The notes beneath the pieces were generated by a model. It was not told where the DNA came from. It searched no databases and worked only from the letters and a program-made list of their open reading frames with translations. Positions 8,805 through 17,800 of a DNA stretch of 37,395 nucleotides are shown piece by piece. This DNA is from a virus (lineage: Duplodnaviria; Caudoviricetes): IMG/VR virus record IMGVR_UViG_3300008253_000002, positions 1-37,395 of that record; one strand, given 5' to 3'. Position numbers and translations under genes: made by a program. Positions within the stretch are counted from its first letter, which is position 1. Each line of letters begins with the position of its first letter.

Positions 8805-11800
8805 ATGGCTAACTCGGAAAACCAGCTAAGTACAGAAGAATACGAGCGTATATTAGGTAACATCACATCCTTCGGTGGGACATCTAATAAACTAGCGGAG
8901 GATTCCCATAAGGAAAGGATGCGTGAGTTGGAAGAGGCTTATAATCCTGACCACTCAACATTCCTAGCCAATCATTTTAAGCATGGTCTTCAACGAGATG
9001 GAAACAGTCTGCAACTCACAGCCGCAGGGTTCACTGGGCAGACTGACCATGCCATTGATACCATACTAGCCCAAAACCAGTATGACTTTGACCACCCAAA
9101 TGATTTGCCAACGGACAGGTTTTACAAAGCATACGAGAAGGCAGAAGACCCAATAGATGTGGGTAAGGCTGTTTATGATGAATTTAAAGGTGCTACTGGG
9201 CTGTTAGCCGAGAACATGAGCCAGTACGCATCTCATGTCCCAGCTATGGTCGCTGGTGGATTTACTGGTGCTAAAATCGGATCGGTAGGTGGTCCACCGG
9301 GTGCGCTTGCTGGTGGCACAATTGGAACTATTGCTGGTGGTGGCGCGGTGTCTGTCGCACTAGAGTATGGGTCGGCAGTTCGAGGTGCAGTCAATACATA
9401 TCTTATCGAGAGGGGTTTAGACCCACTAGACAGGGACAATATCGCAAAAGCTATAGCAGAAGGTGATCTACTCAACACAGAGCGAGTTCCTGCCGCGACT
9501 AAAGGGTTAATTCTTGGTCTAGTTGATCGGTTGAGTCTTGGCATGATGGGTAAGGTGGCATCTGGTTCGTCACACGCAATAACTAAGGGACTTAAAGCCG
9601 CTGGTATTCAAGGTGGCTCTGAGTTCACTGGAGAGTTGTTAGGTAACTTGGCGCAGGAAATAGCTAGAGACCCTGATAAACCCCTGATTGACCATAATCT
9701 GGCGTGGCAAGATGCCACACTTGAAGGTCTTATAGGTGTTGGTGCATCCACCATTGAGATTTCTGCACTATCCATGCTAAACAATAAGGGTAGAGATAAT
9801 GTGATGCGCGGTGGTGAAGCACCATACGACTTCGATGGGTTCACCTCACGCTATGACAGTAGTCAACCCAATGACCCATCCCCTAACCCAGAGGACACAG
9901 TACAACCTCAAGATATAGATGGTCAAAAACTCATAGAGTCGGAGCAGATAGTAGCTGACCAGCAATCTGCTGGTGATGCCTACAATGGTGTGAACTCTGC
10001 CCCAACCCCAGTAGTACCAATTAATGATGACACCCCAAGTAGTACCACTACCGAGTCTAGTGACGCACAGCATTTGCGTGATCTTCTTAACAAAGCACAA
10101 ACACCAGACCCTACCCCCACAACTCCAGAGACACCAATCGTGGTTGCCGATGAAGGTGACGGAGTTATCACAGTTGACCCACAAGGAGATACCACTGGAG
10201 GAATAATCCCAGATGCTGTCGAGCCAGAACAACCAGAAGATCCTGTAACCACAGAAGATACCCAAGCTAAAAACTCATTCCCTATAAATAACTTTAAAGT
10301 GGGTAGTGACACTGATTGGACGACTAATGCTTTTTTGGGCATGATACAACTAGCTAAGAAGCATGGCATCAACAACATAACCAATAATTATGGTGTTGAA
10401 GTGGATAGTGAGAATGGTGTGTTTGCTATCAAGTCGAATGAGACAGACGAGGTTCTAACTGATGATGAGTGGGCTAACCTCATTAAGAGTGGTGGGCAGA
10501 TAGTTGATTCTGTGCCAGAAGAGAACCAAGCTGACATTGATAAGAAAGAGTTAGCTAGCGCGAGTAGGAGTCAGAAGCAGAGAGATAAGTGGAAAGATCA
10601 GGACATCCATGAGGCGAAGAATAGAACTTGGGTATGGACTAAAGGACGAGCGGAAAAGAATCAAATCAATCGCGGTCTTGAAGATACCCACCACATTGAC
10701 ACCAGACCACATAACGGTGAGACTGAGTACATTCTACGCAAGAATCGTCCCCCATCTGAGGACTTTACATGGGTTGGGGCAGAGCGTAATACCGATGACG
10801 GTGTCTTTGGTTATGTGCGTATAGACAGTGGTGATGCTGGCACTATACTTAGGCAGTTAGGTTACTCTGGAGAACCGACTACTATGCCTGATGATTTTGA
10901 TATAGCTAGAACCTATGGTTCTGGAACGCCAATATCCACTGGGGATCAGGTTTACCAAGTCAGCATCACAGATTTTGAAAACTTAGTTGGTAAAAAAGAG
11001 GGAGGTGATACAAGTGGTAGCTTACAAGAAACAGAAATCCAAGAAGAAGGACAAGAAGAAACAAAAGTAATTCCAACATCTGGCAGGCTTGAGGCTGAGT
11101 CTATAGATGCCTACAAGACCAGATTAAAACAAGCCCTCAGTGATGCTATTGATGGGGATGGCATCAAGAATAACAATGCTCTTAAAAAGATTATGCAGGG
11201 TGTGTCTGATAACCCTAAAGCTATACCTGATTCTCTTGAACAAAAGGATGCTCAAGAACTAATTGAGGTTATATTAGTAGATCGCGCACATAAGATTTCC
11301 CGTGGAGAAGGTACACTTAGAGAGAAGTTTGATGCCATCATAGCGTTGACTGCGAAGATACCGAACTTGAATATCCGAACTTCGGAATCTATGGATAAAC
11401 AACAATATAGCACCCCAGCACCACTTGCCTATGCTGTCTCTATAATGTCAGGTGTAGCGGAGTCAGAGGATGGCAACCCATACGTAGCTGGTGAACAACC
11501 TACTATTTATGAGCCGACTGCTGGGAATGGGATGTTACTCATTGGTTCAGAGAGAGATAACTATACATTTGTTAATGAGTTAGATCCGAATAGGGTTAAG
11601 AATCTAAAGTCTGCTGGATTTACCAATGTATGGAATGAGAATATATTAACTGACACCCCGACTAATGACATCTTTGAGGTGGTCGTGGCTAACCCACCGT
11701 TTGGAAAACATGGGATGCTTAGTAATATAGACCAGATCATCCTAAAGAAAAGTATGGAGCGGTTAGAGGATGATGGGACTGCGGTGTTTATCATCTCTGG

Positions 11801-14800
11801 AGACCAAACCAAAAGGGTTGGTAATATATCGCCATCTGATCAGAAGTTTTTTAGGGAGTTGACCAAGAAATACAATGTAACCGATGTGTTTGAGGTTGGT
11901 GGTAATTTGTATAAATCACAAGGCACGACCTACCCAGTAAGGGTTATTAAGATAGAGGGTAAAACACCAACATCAGATGAGACCAGACTATCTTGGCTTA
12001 GATCTGGGGATGGTCTTGATACACACGTAGATAGATTTACAACATGGGACGAGGTATATGAAAGAAGCACAAGAAAAACTGTGGTATCCGAACCATCCGG
12101 AGATGAGTCACTCATCAAAGATGGCGATGGCGCATTGGACGGACAGACCCCCGAAGTCATTACTCCAGATAAAAAAGAGAGTGGCTTACAAAATAAGACA
12201 ACTACTGGAGGAAGCGGAAGCGGAGGGGGTGTTGGAACAGGAGATCCTAAGGTTGACGGAAGACCTAGTACCGGAGATACACGACCTGATGTTGGATCAC
12301 CCGACATCGGAACTGGAGATCCCACTGGAGGAATCGGACTCACTGATGTACCTGATGTCGCACTTCCCGACAAACAACCTACAGGGGATACCGACACAGG
12401 GAAAAATGTATCAAGAGATAGTACAGGAGATAGCGGAACAGGATCTACACCTGATGATGGAGCAACTAAGCGCGTCACTGAGGGAGTAACACCTAAAGCT
12501 AAAGATGGGTCAAGTCTATCTCCTGAACTACAGGAGAAGTTGGACAGTGGTATGAACACCATTTTCGATATATTAGTGGATGTCACTAAGACGCAAACAC
12601 TCACTCCTGAAGAAAAAGCAAAGTTATTTCCTGCGTTAGCTAAACTTTTCGAAGTTGCCATCTCTGCTGGGTACACAAAATTTAAAGAGGCGACAAAGTT
12701 TGTGTTGGCTCAGATATCTAAAGCACTCGGTGTTGTCATGGCGAAGGCTATAGAAATAACTGAGATGATGGGTGTGTATCAAGCGGTTGCAGATCCTAAT
12801 AGCGAGGGTACAACCTCTATCATCGAGTTAATTACTAAAGATGGTGGGTTTGTTGACGCTGATGGGAAACCTTCAACTGAGGTTATGCACTCTGAGTTGT
12901 TAGATACTGTTGAAGATGTGATAGTAGAAGAGTCTACTGACGAGCAAGGTACTCAACCTGATAAAGTAGAAGAGCAGGGGTCAGATTACCAAGTACCCTA
13001 CCCAGTTAAGAGTCGTGGGTTCAACGAGTCCGTACTCATACCAGTAGCACTGAAAGAACCAACGGAGCGTTTCCTGAATAAACTGGAGTCAGAGGTAGGT
13101 GACATTGACCAGTATGTCATGGAGGAATTAGGGTACAAATCCGTTGATGAACTCTGGAAAGGGCTTATGGGGTTACAGGTCGATGGTGTAGCCTCTGCTA
13201 TATATAACATCAATAACGGTGGCGCGACAATCATTGCCGACCAGACGGGTGTTGGTAAAGGTCGACAAGCCGCGGCTCTCATCAGATACGCTAAGAAGAT
13301 CGGCAAAATACCTGTGTTCGTAACGATAGACCCTAACCTATTCACGGATATGTGGGATGACCTTGCTGATATAGGAACAACCGATATTGTACCGTTCATC
13401 TTTAATGATAAAGAGGGCATAACGGTTAAGGTCACAGAGGATTTATCTGATGCTATAGCATCTATCGAAACACAAGTAAGTAATTGGGAGATAACCACCT
13501 CAGAGGCGGATATAATAATAGATGGCATGATTGCTGGCAATAAGCCAACCTCTAAACTCATACACGTTACTAAAGGTGTAAAACGCAAACAGACATTTGA
13601 AAGTATTATTGAAACTGGTGAGTTGCCCGATGGTATTAACTCCCTGTTCTTCACGTACTCACAGATCACCTCGGACAACATCCAGCGGAAAGTCGTAGAG
13701 GCTATAGCGGATAGAGCATTGTTCGTCTTGGACGAGGCTCACAATATAGCAGGGGAGAAAACGAGAAAGGTTAATAAGGAAGATCCTAAAGTTACTGGTG
13801 CTGGATTCATGACTGATGTCATTTCTGGCAAACCTACCGTGTACCTATCTGCCACATTTGCTAAGACCCCAGACAATCTGGGCGGGTTCATGAATACCGA
13901 CTTGCGGATAGCTGTTCGTAAAGAAGGTGACATAGGTTCAGCGTTAGCTGTTGGTGGCATCCCACTACAGACAATATCTACGTCCACCCTTGCAGAATAT
14001 GGTCAGGTTATGCGTAGGGAGCGTAGTTTTAAAGGCATCGAGGTTAACAAGACAGTATTAACCGACCAGAAGGAGCATCACGCAGAGTTATTTGATGCCG
14101 TCACCACTGTCTTACGAGCCATTATTGAAGCAGATAGATCGTTCCACGACAATGACATCCATGCCGCTAATAAGGTTCTCAAAATGCAGTTATCTAGTGT
14201 TGGGGCTAGTAAATCAGTAGCACCTACACTAGACCACACATCCTTTAGTTCTACTGTACACAACTACATCAACCAAATACTGATGGCAGTCAAGGTAGAA
14301 GATGCTGTGGCGTGGGCTTTAGAGGCTCATAGTAATGATGAGAAGATTGTCATCGGCATCCAGAATACCATGATGAGTTTTATAGAGCATTACTCATCTG
14401 AGAATGGGTTAGTAAATGGTGATGTTATTGAGGCTAATTTCTCTGATGTATTGACGCGTGCATTAGATAGAACACTTCTTGTGAAAGAGAAAGGCTCGCT
14501 AGATGACCCAAGCCCATTCCCAATTTCCAAGTTATCGAAGACAACTAGCGATGCGTATGACAAGGCGTACTCGGCAATCAACAATCTGGTAGGTGATCTT
14601 GAAGAGTTAGTTATCCCCATATCACCCATAGATTACCTTATACGAAAACTCTCTGACCATAATATAAATATGGGTGAGATCACAGGTCGTACTATTCGTT
14701 TGAACTATGATAACAGTCTAGGTAGTGTTGATGGTGATATTGGCGTACCAACACTTGACTCTAGACCGAAACCTGACAAGCGCGGTATTGTAGATGACTT

Positions 14801-17800
14801 CAACTCTGGTGTGTTAGATGGTCTGATTGTTAATCAGGCAGGATCAACAGGTCTTAGCATCCACGCATCAGAGAAGTACGATGACCAAAAAGTTCGTCAT
14901 ATGTTGGTACTACAACCAATGGGTGACATTAACAGATTCATGCAGTTACTCGGTAGGATCAATCGCACAGGTCAGGTCAGACTACCTAAGTACACGTTAT
15001 TAAGTACCGCACTTCCAGCCGAGATCAGGGCAGTTATTGTTCTGGCTCGTAAACTAGCGTCACTTAATGCTAACACCTCTGCTAATGACAAGTCTGATGT
15101 ATCAGTTGATGCACCTGACATTTTCAACAAGTACGGTGATGAGATAGTAAATGATTTCTTAGTAGACAACCGTGAAATAGCAGAAGTCCTTGGTCTACAT
15201 AAAAATATGGTTACAGAACCAGATAAAGAATCACAGATTGATATAGCTAGGAAGTTTACTGGTAGAGCCGCCCTCCTAGACACCGACAAACTAGACGCTA
15301 TATACCGACAGATTAATTCTGATTATAAGGATAATATAGATTACCTAAACACTGTCGGTCAAAACGAACTCACAACACAAGTTTTAGACCTCAAGGCTAA
15401 GATACTTTTCTCAATAGTATTTCTTGAGGGTAGAGATCCGACTCATCTGTTCGGGGTTAACACAATCCTGCACAAAGTTAGCATGAAGTCACAGGGTAAA
15501 CCACCTAAAGGAAAAGATGTGGCGTATGCCATATCTAAATCGTTAGGTGATACGGGTTCTCCCGAAGCTTTTGCTAAGACCATACTAGACTCAAAACTTA
15601 AGGCAGATAAAGATGCTGAGTATACTATCTCTATGGAGGCTAATTTAACAGCGTTAGGTCAACTTAAAAAGGAACTAGAGTATGAGGAAAGGATAGCCAG
15701 ACGGCACAAAGCGATAGCTAGAACGGTCACAGAAGACCCCGTTGATTATAAAAAAGAGATAAAAGCAATTGAGACCGCAATTGAAGATCAAGATATTCAG
15801 TTGGGTGCTAACCAACACATCACCAACATAACAACACAAGCAATTACGTCCATCTTCACTGTCGGTCGTGCTGTGAAGTTGGATATTGATGGTGACATCA
15901 TGCATGGGATTGTTGTGGATGTTAGAGATTCGCACCAGACAGGTATTGGATCACCGTACACTCTAGGTAAAACCTCAGTGACATTTATGGTCGCTAGTGG
16001 TATGCGCCAGATCAAATTACCCCTAACAAAGTTAATAAACCCACTTACAGGATTTCCACAAAAGGGTTCTGTTGTAGTAGATCTAGGCAAGAATATAGTA
16101 GAAGAAGGAGTTAAATCTGCTGGTGGTTCTGGTAAATCTTCCGCAAAATTACATAAGAACATCACACTGCTAGCCGATCTTTTAAAACCTATATTCGATA
16201 AGAAAGCCAACCTTGAACTTAGAGAAGAGCGGGTTATAGCCACGGGTAATCTTATAGCTGTGGCAAGTAAGTTAAATGGCACTGTGATTAGATTTACCGA
16301 TGAGCATGGCGCTGTCCATACTGGATTCTTACTCTCTAAACAGTTTGCTAAAAACTTTGATATGTCATCAGACTCGTCACAGCCATTCCTGTTACTTAAG
16401 CCTGAGTACATAACGAATTTCTTAAGTGACTACCAGAAAGATTGGTGGGATAACGAGAGAATTGGCCCACGTCGTGCGGTGAAACACCCATTCTCACCCA
16501 CCACAGCTATACACTCCCCGACAAGGGCAGTCCAGATAGTCCCACACGATGGGATAATGAAAATAGTAATTAATAGTAAGGCGGGTAAAGACGCACTACC
16601 ACTTACTAAAGCCGCTAAGAAACAAGAGTTTAACGCGGTTCTTCACTCTAAGCGTTTGAAAGACAGTGGGTTGCTGTTTGCTGGTAGGAGTGGTAGTTCA
16701 ATGTCTGCCGTGTTCTCAACCGAGAATATGCATGAAGTTATAACTACCCTGATTGGTAATGATGAGGTCAAGGGTCTAGTCGATCTCTACGCAATGGGGT
16801 CTTCCCGAGATGCGTTCATCAAAGCTGGTATGCCAGAAGCCAAGCCTGCTGAAAATACATTTGAGACTAAAGTAGAGCCTAAATCTGAGGATGATAATTC
16901 TCCAGAGATACTATCGAGAATCATGGGGTCTTCTAGAGATCCACAGTTTGGTGACTCCATGTCTACGGACGAGGTTGGGGTAGCGGCACAACGCATGGTG
17001 GCGGAACTCAAACTACACGATAGCGTTGACTCCCCTAGAATCCAAGTATACGCGACACAAGTTGAGGCATTTGGATCTGAAGCCACAGTAGATAAAGTTG
17101 GTATTCGTGCTGGTGGTTACGACCCAGTTCACAATGTGGTGATCTTGATTGCGGAGCATATGCACAGTGAAGAAGATGTGCGCTCCACTATGCGCCATGA
17201 GGTCATCGCTCACTACGGTCTGAACCTACTAGATCCGAAAGAGAAGAAGTCAATTATAGATAAGATTAGTGCATCACGGAAAGTCTTGTGGATGTCTAAA
17301 ATCTGGAAGAAAATTGACGAGCGATACGGAGATTCCCCAGAGTCAGTAAAAGCAGAAGAAGTCTTAGCCTACCTTGCCGAAAGTAAACTTGGGAAAGCGC
17401 AAGAATTATTCATGAAGATCGCATCCTTCATAGCGAAGGTGTTGCGTAAGATGGGGTTCTTTAAAGGTAAGACCACAGTCGCAGAACTGCACAGCATTAT
17501 CAATAGACTAGCCATGCGTATCAGAGAGAAACGTCATCGGTACGAGACTAACTCTGAGAACTCCCAGCAAGTTATGTTTATGAACCGTGGTCGTGGTGGC
17601 AATACGTTTGCCGAATCATTGAGCAACACCCATGCGTTTCTCCGCAGGAAATTCACGGATAGTCTGCAACCCATAGCTGATCTACAAGACTCTTACGGAG
17701 AGGTATTACCTGACGAACAGGATGTACACGGACATGAGAAGGTGATGAGAGGTCAGGTTGGTACTGGGGTAGAGGATTTTACGAATGGTAAGTACAAACA

